Source: Spirochaetia bacterium
GTDB lineage: Bacteria; Spirochaetota; Spirochaetia; CADAEX01
Assembly: GCA_963662795.1 (NCBI GenBank)
Contig: OY759746.1
Coordinates: 480,001 to 544,000, forward strand
Direction: 5' to 3'
Length of the DNA: 64,000 nucleotides
The stretch's first letter is position 1; every line of letters begins with the position of its first letter. Positions 28,463 to 38,024 of the stretch are shown piece by piece. The notes beneath the pieces were generated by a model. It saw nothing but the letters and a program-made list of their open reading frames with translations, was not told the DNA's origin and made no database searches. The translations under genes were made by a program, and so were the position numbers.

Positions 28463-30001
28463 TCAGGAAAAAATATTTTTGTTTATGTTATTATTATAAA
28501 ATTCAATAAACTTCTCCGAAGGCAGCGGCTTGCTGAAAAAATACCCCTGGAAATTTCTGCATCCTTCTTTATAAAGAAAATTAAACTGATTTAAATCCTC
28601 AACACCTTCAACAATAACATCAAATCCAAGTTCGCCTGACATTGCAACAATTGCCTTTACTATAGCCTGGTCACAGCTGCTGTGAAAAACATTGTCTATA
28701 AAGGATTTATCTATTTTGAGGATATCAATATTGAACTGCCGCAGATAATTGAATGAGCTGTAGCCTGTGCCGAAGTCGTCTATGCAGATTTTGATTCCCT
28801 TTTCTTTAAGCTGCATCATTTTATAAAGCGCTTCACGGGGATCTTCCATCAGGCTTGTCTCTGTTATTTCAAGTCTGACCAGATTTGGATCAACACTTCG
28901 TGTATTAATTATTCTTGATATGGAATCGACAAGATTCCCCTCGTGGAACTGCAGCGATGAAACATTTATCGACACAGGAATGGCAATGCCGTGTTTCTCC
29001 TTCCAGCAGGAAATCATATCCGCGACTTTATACATTATCCAGTTCCCAAGAAGTATTATTATGCCGGTTTCTTCAGAAAGCGGAATAAATTTATTGGGGC
29101 TTATCATCCCTTTTTCAGGATGGTTCCACCGGATGAGGGCTTCAGCGCTTATACCTGTAATCCTGAGCCTGCCGTCAGGACCTTCTTCAGTTTTTATTAC
29201 AGGCTGAAAATACATAATGAACTGTTCATCCATGCCGTTCATTGTGTTCATTTCAAGAGCTTTGATCATAAAATTCTGGAGTTCAAGTTTTTCCATTGCA
29301 ATCTGCCTGAACTCATTTTTATAAACCAGGTATTCAGCTCTTCTCTCTTTTGCGTTTTCAAGCGCTATATCAGCAGAGGTCAGGAGCTGTTCTTTTGTAA
29401 TTCCATGGTCAGGGAATATTGCTATGCCTGTGGTTGATCCTATTGATATGTGATATCCGGATATGTTTTCTGTTTTTTTTACTGCATTTGTTATTTCACA
29501 GGAGTATTTTATAATTCTTTCTATATTTTTTATTTTTTTAAGTACAATTATAAACTCATTTTCCCTTGTATGAAAAATTGAATCAGACCCTGCAATTTTT
29601 TTAAGCTTTACACCGATTTTATAAAGTACCCATTCAACCAGACTTGGTTTCAGTGTTTTTGTAAGCACACTGTAGGTCTTATCCAGCTGTATAATCAAAA
29701 CAGCGACATATTCCCCGCTGCTCTGGTAAGACGCAATATCAAGTAAAGCAGGCAGACTTTCCGTAAGTTTTATACGGTTTGGAAGGCCTGTTTTTGAATC
29801 TATGGTCAATTTTTTTATTAACCCGTTGTTTATCTTTTCCTGTTCCGCTGAAAATCTGCTTTTACGCTCTTTTTCTTCTGTAGCGATGGAGAGATTTTTT
29901 TCGAGTTCACTTATTTTTTTTTTATAACCGGTAATTATTTTTTTGCAATTATCCGGAATCTTTCCGTCTGCGTAAACAGCGGTTATATCAAGTAGCCCCA
30001 C
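28463..30001 (-). CDS. GGDEF(degenerate)-EAL protein, probable c-di-GMP phosphodiesterase
   Basis: DSKTGLPNR; GGDEF site reads RENEF; EALIRW, LEITE, DDFGTGYSS, LKIDKSF, EGVE and QGY are intact. Confidence 0.9.
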   Translation of the reverse strand: MGLLDITAVYADGKIPDNCKKIITGYKKKISELEKNLSIATEEKERKSRFSAEQEKINNGLIKKLTIDSKTGLPNRIKLTESLPALLDIASYQSSGEYVAVLIIQLDKTYSVLTKTLKPSLVEWVLYKIGVKLKKIAGSDSIFHTRENEFIIVLKKIKNIERIIKYSCEITNAVKKTENISGYHISIGSTTGIAIFPDHGITKEQLLTSADIALENAKERRAEYLVYKNEFRQIAMEKLELQNFMIKALEMNTMNGMDEQFIMYFQPVIKTEEGPDGRLRITGISAEALIRWNHPEKGMISPNKFIPLSEETGIIILLGNWIMYKVADMISCWKEKHGIAIPVSINVSSLQFHEGNLVDSISRIINTRSVDPNLVRLEITETSLMEDPREALYKMMQLKEKGIKICIDDFGTGYSSFNYLRQFNIDILKIDKSFIDNVFHSSCDQAIVKAIVAMSGELGFDVIVEGVEDLNQFNFLYKEGCRNFQGYFFSKPLPSEKFIEFYNNNINKNIFS

Positions 30002-30158
30002 TTGTTCCCCTGAGTAAATTGTTACTAACTTATCGGTTTATCCGGATGAAAAGTCAAACCGTTATTCATCTTAACACTAAAATATCGTTCCGCATGAAAG
30101 AAGATGATGACAATTTGACTTAATCGGTACTAATGGATAAAATCAGACAGAGGTTAAC

Positions 30159-30956
30159 ATGAGGATTGATGTACATACCCATGCTTTTCACGCCAAGATT
30201 GCGGGAAAAGCGATTGAACAGCTGGTAAAACACTATAAAAATGATATTTCAGGCCTTGGCACGTGGGATGATCTTATTAAGGTGATGGATGAGGCTTCGA
30301 TTGACAGGGCCTTTGTCCATTGCGCCGCGACAGTGCCTGAACAGGTAGTCCCTGCGAACACATGGGCTATCGAACTTGCAGGGAACCCCCGCTTTCTGCC
30401 GTTCGGAACTGTCCATCCGGGTTATCCGCACTGGGAAGCGGAGCTTGACCGCCTTGAAAGAAAAGGACTGACCGGAATAAAATTCCATCCTGATTTTCAG
30501 GGATTTGACCTTGATGATGAAAAACTGTTTCCCATATACGAGGCGATAGAAAAACGGTTTATCGTGATGTTTCATGTAGGTGATGTGTTTCCTCCTGATA
30601 TAAACCCTTCATCACCGCAGAAACTCGCCAATGTCTTAAGAAATTTCCCCTCCCTTACAGCTATTGCCGCGCACTTCGGGGGATACTGTCATTGGGAGTG
30701 GGTAAAGGAATCACTTTCAGGACTGAAATTCTTTATGGACACATCAAGCACCCTTAAATTTATCCCGGATCATCTGCTTAAGGAAATACTATCCTCTTTT
30801 CCCGAAGAATGCTTTCTTTTCGGAAGCGACTATCCTGTTGGAAACCCGCTCGAGGAGATCCGGCTGCTTGAGAAGAAGGCGGGCTTTTCAGAAACACAGA
30901 TAGATGCGCTGCTTTCCCGCGGAGAAATGCTTATAAAAGGGGTAAAAACCGACTGA
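30159..30956 (+). CDS. Amidohydrolase family (TIM-barrel metal-dependent hydrolase)
   Basis: IDVHTH, GIKFHP, AAHFGG, MDTS, FGSDYP. Confidence 0.88.
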   Translation: MRIDVHTHAFHAKIAGKAIEQLVKHYKNDISGLGTWDDLIKVMDEASIDRAFVHCAATVPEQVVPANTWAIELAGNPRFLPFGTVHPGYPHWEAELDRLERKGLTGIKFHPDFQGFDLDDEKLFPIYEAIEKRFIVMFHVGDVFPPDINPSSPQKLANVLRNFPSLTAIAAHFGGYCHWEWVKESLSGLKFFMDTSSTLKFIPDHLLKEILSSFPEECFLFGSDYPVGNPLEEIRLLEKKAGFSETQIDALLSRGEMLIKGVKTD

Positions 30957-31028
30957 ACGCCCATTAATTGGTATTGCCCTGCCGAATGAACTATAATTAA
31001 TGTAAAGACAATTGAAGGAGGGAATAAT

Positions 31029-31121
31029 ATGAGCGGACTGGAACTGCTTCTGCTTGGACTCCTGATACTTATTACAGCTGCCTATGTTACTTATTCATCA
31101 TACAGGGAACTGCACAGATAA
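31029..31121 (+). CDS. Small 30-aa single-pass membrane protein
   Basis: MSGLELLLLGLLILITAAYVTYSSYRELHR; strong AAGGAGG RBS and an upstream TATAAT; below the ORF-track cutoff. Confidence 0.6.
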   Translation: MSGLELLLLGLLILITAAYVTYSSYRELHR

Positions 31122-31191
31122 CGACTATTTTTAGAATTACTATACTTTAACCCGGTAAAAGCTTATAAAAAAGGTATAACAGGAACATGTC

Positions 31192-31938
31192 TCAGGTTAA
31201 GTCAGAATACATTTTTTCAGCACATTCGGGGCAGATTCCGTGGGTACAGTCCGTGTCGAAATGATCCTTTACATAAATATCAACCTGCTTCCAGTAACCG
31301 TCATCATCCCTTATTTTTTTACAACTGCTGCAGACGGGAATCAGTCCACTTAAGGTCCTTACCTCTTCAAATGCCTTCTGGAGTTTATGTTTTTCCGCCA
31401 TCAGCTGTTTATGATTTTCCGAAACCATGCGCATGTATTTTTCACGTGAAGTCTCAAGACCATGTGATATAAACGATACAAATAAAAGCGATGCGAGAAA
31501 CCTGATGCTTTCTGCCAAAGGGTAGTAATGTATTTTAAGCGACAGAGGATTTATAATGACAAAACTGGAAACAGCCATAAAGATTCCGGAGGCAATTCCT
31601 CCATGTTTTATTCCTAGAAAAAAGAGGACTATCAGAGGATAAATATAAAGCCAGTAAAATATTGTTCCGTTTCCAGAGCCTATAATCAAGTTATATTGTA
31701 AATAAACAGCAAGCAGTACTGCAGCTGCCCGGTAGCAGTACACATCCGCCTCTAAGAATTTTATCCCCGTGAAAATGACAGTAAGCACCAGCAGGGCAAG
31801 TATATCCAGAAAAAATTCAACTGAATCGCCTTCGATAAAATCAACGAATGAAAAAACTGTGATTAAAATAAATGAGAACACTATGCATATTAATGCGAAA
31901 TACCGTTTTCGGGCTTTATCGATATCATGTATATCCAA
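31192..31938 (-). CDS. Membrane protein with coiled coil and C-terminal CxxC...HGICxxC putative Zn-binding domain
   Basis: Five to six hydrophobic segments, then GLIPVCSSCKKIRDDDGYW...THGICPEC. Confidence 0.75.
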   Translation of the reverse strand: MDIHDIDKARKRYFALICIVFSFILITVFSFVDFIEGDSVEFFLDILALLVLTVIFTGIKFLEADVYCYRAAAVLLAVYLQYNLIIGSGNGTIFYWLYIYPLIVLFFLGIKHGGIASGIFMAVSSFVIINPLSLKIHYYPLAESIRFLASLLFVSFISHGLETSREKYMRMVSENHKQLMAEKHKLQKAFEEVRTLSGLIPVCSSCKKIRDDDGYWKQVDIYVKDHFDTDCTHGICPECAEKMYSDLT

Positions 31939-32094
31939 ATGGTTCTGCCTTTTTATGAATCTGAATGGAAATTTGTGTGTATTATACTATACAAATAGGC
32001 AAATGCAAGCTTTTTTATTGATATAAAAAAGGCTGCCCTCTGAGAGCCTGGAATACCGGATCAAAAGGGAGCAGCCCTTTTTTTTCATATTATA

Positions 32095-32481
32095 TTAAAG
32101 TGAAACACCAGTACCAGTAATGCTCCAGATATACCAGTCGTCTGTACCGTCTTCCTTCATGGTAAATAGACATGTTCTGGTATCGTCTCCTCCAATAATA
32201 ACAGTTCTTGTAGAACTTGACACCTTTGTTATACTTACTGTTATATATAACTCACCATTGGGAAAGGAAATATCGACTGTATCTTCATTTCCATCGTATG
32301 CTGCAGAATCAGGGTGAAAATGGTCCTTGAAAATACCATCACGGTTGGAATCATTAAGATCTTTCACAAACTCCTTTATCCTGTCATCTATACTCATTGT
32401 ATCTTCCTGGGCACAGCCTGAAAGGGAAATAACCATCAGGATTACGGCAAGAACTGCCAACAGTAAAATTATTTTTTTCAT
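32095..32481 (-). CDS. Hypothetical lipoprotein
   Basis: Signal peptide with LSGC lipobox; AGGAGG RBS. Confidence 0.75.
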   Translation of the reverse strand: MKKIILLLAVLAVILMVISLSGCAQEDTMSIDDRIKEFVKDLNDSNRDGIFKDHFHPDSAAYDGNEDTVDISFPNGELYITVSITKVSSSTRTVIIGGDDTRTCLFTMKEDGTDDWYIWSITGTGVSL

Positions 32482-32495
32482 AGTATTATACCTCC

Positions 32496-33518
32496 TTAAA
32501 TATCTGTTTCATTTATCTGCGGAATCGATGTTTCCTCGAATTTTTGAAGTACACGACTGTAAACTTCAAGAAATTCCCTGAATACAGGGTCATCAGGTTT
32601 TGCCATGTACCTTGTTTTAATTTCGGCATACATACTGCCGATTATAAACCTTCTCATGGAAAGTGCGGATAGGGCATAGTATCTTTCATTAAGGCTAAGA
32701 GCAGTTGCATTACGAACTGAAGGATTTAAAACTTTTTCAGCATATTCATTTCCTGCCGCTTCACCTTTCTCATTTCTTATTTTTGCATATTCAGCCCTGT
32801 CTTCCTTTACCTGAGCTGCCCATTCAAGAAAAACCGGATGCAGCTCAAGCACCTTCCCGTTAAAATAATCAAGCCTCTTTTCAACCGCCTTCAGGGCTTC
32901 AACCGGATTGTCAAAAAAATCCTTCTTTTTCCCATCATTCCAGGAGCTGAAGTCAAGTTTTTTACCGAGAAGCTGGAATTTGGCCCCCGGCGGGTCGCCC
33001 GGCTTTACCTCGACGGCCTCATCAGGATTAAGCTCAACGCTTTTGCCCGCGGCTTCGACTTCCACCATTCCGCTTGCGACCGCTATCAGCGTGGAACCGT
33101 CCGCACCGGCATAAACGGTAAACTCTGTGCCGCGTATCCCGGCTACAGTGCTGTTTGTCGCTATCATCGGCTCTTCGCTGGCAACCTTTTTAAACTTGAA
33201 AGCCACCTCTCCGAGAGTGCAGGCAAGGACGTTCTGCTTTTTGCCTTTGACATCCATCTCCCTTACCGTGAAAACAGTATCGGGCGATATTTTGTAAGTG
33301 CTGCCCGATTTTTCAAGGAGCTCCGCGAAGCTGTCTTCCCCGGTTATAACAGAATTGCCGGCAGAAATCTCATCGCCTGAAAAAGCTTCCGCCACTTTCC
33401 CGGAACTGTCCTTTATATCAACCCAGCCGTCAATATATGTTACAGTCGCAACCGCCTGTCCCCAGGATGCAGATACACAAACAGCTGCAATAATAAAAAA
33501 GAGTAAATATTTTTTCAT
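32496..33518 (-). CDS. Secreted FecR-domain protein with helical C-terminus
   Basis: Signal peptide; VITGEDSFAEL, TNSTVAGIRGTEF and VASGMVEV match the FecR domain pattern. Confidence 0.82.
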   Translation of the reverse strand: MKKYLLFFIIAAVCVSASWGQAVATVTYIDGWVDIKDSSGKVAEAFSGDEISAGNSVITGEDSFAELLEKSGSTYKISPDTVFTVREMDVKGKKQNVLACTLGEVAFKFKKVASEEPMIATNSTVAGIRGTEFTVYAGADGSTLIAVASGMVEVEAAGKSVELNPDEAVEVKPGDPPGAKFQLLGKKLDFSSWNDGKKKDFFDNPVEALKAVEKRLDYFNGKVLELHPVFLEWAAQVKEDRAEYAKIRNEKGEAAGNEYAEKVLNPSVRNATALSLNERYYALSALSMRRFIIGSMYAEIKTRYMAKPDDPVFREFLEVYSRVLQKFEETSIPQINETDI

Positions 33519-34117
33519 TTTATCTCCCCTCCTTCCGTGACAGGGCCCTTAAATCCGTAAATTGAGGGATAGCTTTTATTCACTGATTCATCCGGGCTGT
33601 CCCCGTTGTACCTCATCATCATACGGGGGCCAATCCCGAAAGAATATCCCATTGAGATCTCAGGTTCTTTCTTTGCAACTTTTATCCATTTTTTCGGGCC
33701 CAGGATAAAATAATAAAGACCGTTCTTAGCCTCGATTTTTACCAGGGATGCCTTTTCCGGAAGATATTTTGAAAACCAGGTTTTAACTTCCATGGAATCA
33801 GCAAAATATCCGTAATCGCCTGCGCCGACCGGCATTGATTCTGTTTCAAAAGCTTTTTCAAAGGTGAACCCGGAATCTCTTATGTTTTTCCATATCATGC
33901 TTATATCTTTCTCAAGAATAATTATCTCTCCGTCAAGGAGAAAAGGGGTAGATGTAAGTCCGCTCAGTGAAGCATCCCCCCCGCTGTTTACAAGATCAAC
34001 AATTTTTGCGGATGAACTGTTCCACCGGCTGTAGGGAACAGATGTACAGGACAGTATTCCGGATATAAATACCAGGACTGTTGCAGACGCAAAAATTAAA
34101 TTTACTGTTTTTTTCAT
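33515..34117 (-). CDS. Hypothetical lipoprotein
   Basis: ILSC lipobox; GGAG RBS; overlaps the FecR gene start by 4 nt. Confidence 0.72.
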   Translation of the reverse strand: MKKTVNLIFASATVLVFISGILSCTSVPYSRWNSSSAKIVDLVNSGGDASLSGLTSTPFLLDGEIIILEKDISMIWKNIRDSGFTFEKAFETESMPVGAGDYGYFADSMEVKTWFSKYLPEKASLVKIEAKNGLYYFILGPKKWIKVAKKEPEISMGYSFGIGPRMMMRYNGDSPDESVNKSYPSIYGFKGPVTEGGEIK

Positions 34118-34391
34118 TTAGAATCTCCTGCAGAATTTACATTCCAATTATAGAATATTATACTATATAAAATCATGTTTCTGCTTCCATAGTTACCAAT
34201 ATTATAAAAAATATTAAGTCAAACTAACCCTTACGGCAGAATTGTTATATATCAAAACCGGAAATTTCAACCGGTATCGGCAATAAAACTACGCCCGCCA
34301 ATAGGCAAAAAACGTTATTAATTGTAGTTTATGACTGAATGAGCTTATTTCTAATGATATATGATGCGACTAAATAGTCAGGGATGTTTAA

Positions 34392-34733
34392 ATGACATTA
34401 AAAGAAATTGCGGAAAAACTGGAATGTGAGATAATTCACAAGGGAAAAGGATTTGCCACGCTTGATATTGTTAACGTATCGGCAGGAGACATGATGAGCG
34501 AAGTGCTTGTAAGCGATGAAGAAAACCGGGTGATTGTCACTGCCCTCACAACAGATCAGGTTGTAAGAACAGCAGACATTGTTGAAGCTGCCGGAATCTT
34601 TCTCATCAATGGAAAACAGCCCCAGAATTCAATGCGGAACCTGGCAGTTGAATCTGATATAAACCTCTTCTCGACAAACATGAGCATGTTTACGACATGT
34701 ATACGACTTGGTAAGCTGCTGGAAAAATGCTGA
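34392..34733 (+). CDS. DRTGG-domain protein
   Basis: MTLKEIAEKL, AGDMMSEVL, QVVRTADIVE, LINGK. Confidence 0.8.
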   Translation: MTLKEIAEKLECEIIHKGKGFATLDIVNVSAGDMMSEVLVSDEENRVIVTALTTDQVVRTADIVEAAGIFLINGKQPQNSMRNLAVESDINLFSTNMSMFTTCIRLGKLLEKC

Positions 34734-34737
34734 TAAA

Positions 34738-35670
34738 ATGGAGAACCTTTCTTTAAACTCTGCGGCAAATCCCCATAATGTAATTCTTGATATAATCTAC
34801 AGGATTAAAATCAGGGAAGTAATGTCAAAAAACATATACATTATCTCACCGGATTCTCCAATTTCCGATGCCAAAAAGATGATGAAAGACAACGGCGTGT
34901 CGGGACTTCCTGTTGTAAAAAAGAGGAAGCTCTGCGGCATTATAAGCATATACGATATAGTTGAATGCCTTGAAAAAGGCAGTGTAAATGACCCTGTAAA
35001 AAAACACATGACGAAGAACATAATAATACTTGAAGAGGACATGCCCCTGTCGTTCGCCCTGAATTATTTTGAAAAATACAAATTCAGGCGTTTCCCGGTT
35101 CTCAACAAGACAAAAGAGCTTTCAGGAATAATAACAAGCAGGGACATCAATGTGTCTCTGCTCAATGAAATAAACATGGAGCTTAAACGGCTCGACAAAC
35201 CCAGAAACACGGAAGAGACAGATTCTGTCAAGGGGAAATACTTCAAACAGTTTTCAACAAGGAAATATGATTTTGAAAACGCGGGAAAAACATCCATCAC
35301 AATAAAAAATTTCCTTAAGGAAATAGGAATCCCGCAGGACATAATCAGAAGAATTTCAATTGCGGTATACGAACTCGAAATAAATCAGGTAGTGCATTCA
35401 GACGGCGGTACGATTCAGCTTTTTATCGAAGGAGACGAGATAACAATAAAAGCGTCAGATACAGGCCCCGGCATAACAGAGCTTGACAGGGCGCTTGAGG
35501 AAGGTTATTCGACTGCAAGCGAGTGGATAAGAAGCCAGGGCTTCGGCGCGGGAATGGGACTTCCCAATATCAAAAAAGTCAGTGACGATTTTCAAATTTC
35601 CTCTGACATTGAAAAAGGGACAGAGGTTATTATAAAAATATTTTCGGGGAAGAAAAATGAAACTAATTGA
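34738..35670 (+). CDS. CBS-pair plus RsbT-like anti-sigma Ser/Thr kinase (HATPase_c) fusion
   Basis: Two CBS repeats (GLPVV, RFPVL); then SIAVYELEINQVVH, DTGPGI, EGYSTAS, GFGAGMGLPNIK. Confidence 0.87.
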   Translation: MENLSLNSAANPHNVILDIIYRIKIREVMSKNIYIISPDSPISDAKKMMKDNGVSGLPVVKKRKLCGIISIYDIVECLEKGSVNDPVKKHMTKNIIILEEDMPLSFALNYFEKYKFRRFPVLNKTKELSGIITSRDINVSLLNEINMELKRLDKPRNTEETDSVKGKYFKQFSTRKYDFENAGKTSITIKNFLKEIGIPQDIIRRISIAVYELEINQVVHSDGGTIQLFIEGDEITIKASDTGPGITELDRALEEGYSTASEWIRSQGFGAGMGLPNIKKVSDDFQISSDIEKGTEVIIKIFSGKKNETN

Positions 35671-35989
35671 TTTAATCCGCAAAACAGGATATCAGAGTGT
35701 CACGCCCGGAGAAGACGAAACAGAGATTACAGGCGGTTACACCGGGGACCTGTTAAGCGATGTAATGGCTAACTCTCCATCGGATTCTGTTCTTGTTACA
35801 ATACAGGCGCACAAGAACACAATTGCAGTGGCAACTCTTGCGGGCATCAAGGCAATTGTTCTTTGCAACGGAAGGACAGCGCCGGAAGATATGAAAGAAT
35901 CCGCCGTGGCTGAAAGTATTGCGATACTTTCAACAAAAAAAGATCAGTTTTCTGTTTCGGCAGAAATAGCCGGTCTTATCAGGGGCTGA
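35657..35989 (+). CDS. DRTGG-domain protein (HPr kinase N-terminal-like)
   Basis: GGYTGDLLSDVMAN, VTIQAHKNTIAVA. Confidence 0.82.
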   Translation: MKLIDLIRKTGYQSVTPGEDETEITGGYTGDLLSDVMANSPSDSVLVTIQAHKNTIAVATLAGIKAIVLCNGRTAPEDMKESAVAESIAILSTKKDQFSVSAEIAGLIRG

Positions 35990-36058
35990 AAAGGCTGATG
36001 CTTTTTCCCGGTTTACGGATTCCGGTTTGCGCATTCAGGTTTGCGGACAAAAGCTAAA

Positions 36059-36763
36059 ATGGTTATAAAAGCGGATCTCCATATTCATACATGCCTCAGC
36101 CCGTGCGGGTCACTCGGGATGTCGCCGGCAGCCATAGCAGCAGCAGTAAAAAAAGCGCGCCTTGACCTGGCATCGATTGCAGACCATAACAGCGCTCTTA
36201 ACTGTCCCGCTTTTTCCGACGCCTGCAGGAAGGAAGGGCTATGGGCAATGTTCGGCCTTGAAGTTACAAGCATGGAGGAAGCCCATCTACTCTGTATCTT
36301 TGAAACTGTGGATAAGGCGCTGGAATTCGGTGATTTCATCTATGCCAGGCTGCCGGACATACCTAATAACCCTGAGATTTTCGGCGACCAGGTATATGTC
36401 GATGAAAACGACAATATTCTCGGTGAAGTTGAAAAATATCTTGGAAGCGCTGTTTCCCTGTCAATCGATGAAATAAAGGATGAGGTTTTCTCCCAAAGCG
36501 GCCTTTTTATACCGGCCCATATCGATAAACCGGTTTTTTCAATTACATCCCAGCTTGGATTCCTGCCTGATGATGACTACACGGCAGTTGAAGTATTCAA
36601 TCCTGCCCAGGCCGGCAATTATTCGGAAAAATATTCAGTTATCACATCCTCAGATGCCCACTACCTTGAAGATATCGGGAAAAAATATTTAACGGCGGAT
36701 ATTGCAGAAAAGACTTTCCTGTCTCTTCTCCTTGCAATGAAGGAAAAAAAGAGCCTGATTTAA
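36059..36763 (+). CDS. PHP-domain metal-dependent phosphoesterase
   Basis: DLHIHTCLSPC, ADHNS, EEAHLL, PAHID, SSDAHYLEDIG. Confidence 0.88.
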   Translation: MVIKADLHIHTCLSPCGSLGMSPAAIAAAVKKARLDLASIADHNSALNCPAFSDACRKEGLWAMFGLEVTSMEEAHLLCIFETVDKALEFGDFIYARLPDIPNNPEIFGDQVYVDENDNILGEVEKYLGSAVSLSIDEIKDEVFSQSGLFIPAHIDKPVFSITSQLGFLPDDDYTAVEVFNPAQAGNYSEKYSVITSSDAHYLEDIGKKYLTADIAEKTFLSLLLAMKEKKSLI

Positions 36764-36830
36764 CATCCTCCCTTACAGCTTCCGCCTTTCGCGATTGAAA
36801 TAATTTTTCTTAAGTATTATATATAGAAAC

Positions 36831-38024
36831 ATGAAAACCTATGACGAGATAAACAAAAAGATTGAATCCGGAAATGCCGTTGTTCTTACCGCTGATGAAA
36901 TTATCGATTATGTCGATAAAAAAGGACTTGAAAAAGCAGCCGAGGAGGTTGATGTTGTAACAACAGCGACTTTCGGGCCTATGTGTTCATCGGGGTGTTT
37001 TTTGAACTTCGGCCATTCAAAACCGAAGATAAGGATTACCGAGGCATGGATTGACGATGTGCTCTGCTATTCCGGCATAGCAGCTGTCGACCTCTACCTT
37101 GGAGCGACACAGCTGAGGCATAACGATCCGGCAAACATGTATTATCCCGGTGAGTTCAAATTCGGCGGCGGCCATGTAATAGAGAAACTTATCGCCGGTA
37201 AAAAATGCCAGCTTTTTGCCCTTTCCTACGGAACAGATGATTACCCGCTTAAGGAAATAAGGACATGGTTTGACATAAACGATTTAAATCAGGCTATAAT
37301 GGTTAATCCGAGGAACTGCTATCAGAATTACAATGTCGCAATCAACTGTTCCGACAAGCCTGTATACACATACCTTGGAATGCTTAAACCGGAGATGCAG
37401 AACCTGACATACTCATCAGCCGGACAGCTCTCACCCCTTTTGAACGATCCGCTCTATGAAACAATCGGGATCGGAACAAGCATCTGGCTTGCCGGAAGCA
37501 GGGGAATTGTCCATGCGGAAGGTACGCAGCATTCCCCGACATGCGAGCGATCCGATAACGATGTTCCCGTGGAGGGAGCCGGGACCCTGGGCCTTACGGC
37601 TGACATGAAAAAAATGAGAAAAGATTTTATAAAAGGGGTAAGCCTTAAAGGCTACGGCGTATCGCTTGCTGTCGGAGTCGGCATACCGATCCCCATACTA
37701 AACTCTTCAATACTAAAGAGAACAACTGTGAGAAACAGGGACATCCAGGCATCCGTTATTGACTACAGCCATGACTATCAGAACAAGACTGGCAAAGTCC
37801 TGACCCGGGTCAATTATGAACAGCTCATAATGCAGGATGAAATTGAATTGCTTGGTAAAAAAATTGAAGTCAGTTCAATGTCTTCATATAACAAGGCTCT
37901 TGAAATATCGGAAATTTTGAAGGATGAAATAAAACGGGGAGATTTTTTCCTTTCCGCGCCTTCAGCTTCTCTTCAGAAAGAGCAGTCCATGAAAGGACTT
38001 GAGGTAAGGAGGCAGGGAAAATGA
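36831..38024 (+). CDS. Homocysteine biosynthesis protein (DUF39, aspartate-semialdehyde sulfurtransferase type), no CBS domains
   Basis: EVDVVTTATFGPMCSSG, GIAAVDLYLGATQ, NPRNCYQNY, SAGQLSPLLNDP, GVGIPIPIL. Confidence 0.88.
   Translation: MKTYDEINKKIESGNAVVLTADEIIDYVDKKGLEKAAEEVDVVTTATFGPMCSSGCFLNFGHSKPKIRITEAWIDDVLCYSGIAAVDLYLGATQLRHNDPANMYYPGEFKFGGGHVIEKLIAGKKCQLFALSYGTDDYPLKEIRTWFDINDLNQAIMVNPRNCYQNYNVAINCSDKPVYTYLGMLKPEMQNLTYSSAGQLSPLLNDPLYETIGIGTSIWLAGSRGIVHAEGTQHSPTCERSDNDVPVEGAGTLGLTADMKKMRKDFIKGVSLKGYGVSLAVGVGIPIPILNSSILKRTTVRNRDIQASVIDYSHDYQNKTGKVLTRVNYEQLIMQDEIELLGKKIEVSSMSSYNKALEISEILKDEIKRGDFFLSAPSASLQKEQSMKGLEVRRQGK

Noticed and set aside
36763-36831. SAM riboswitch or T-box before the homocysteine operon
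   Set aside because: The gap is under 70 nt and lacks the conserved motifs.
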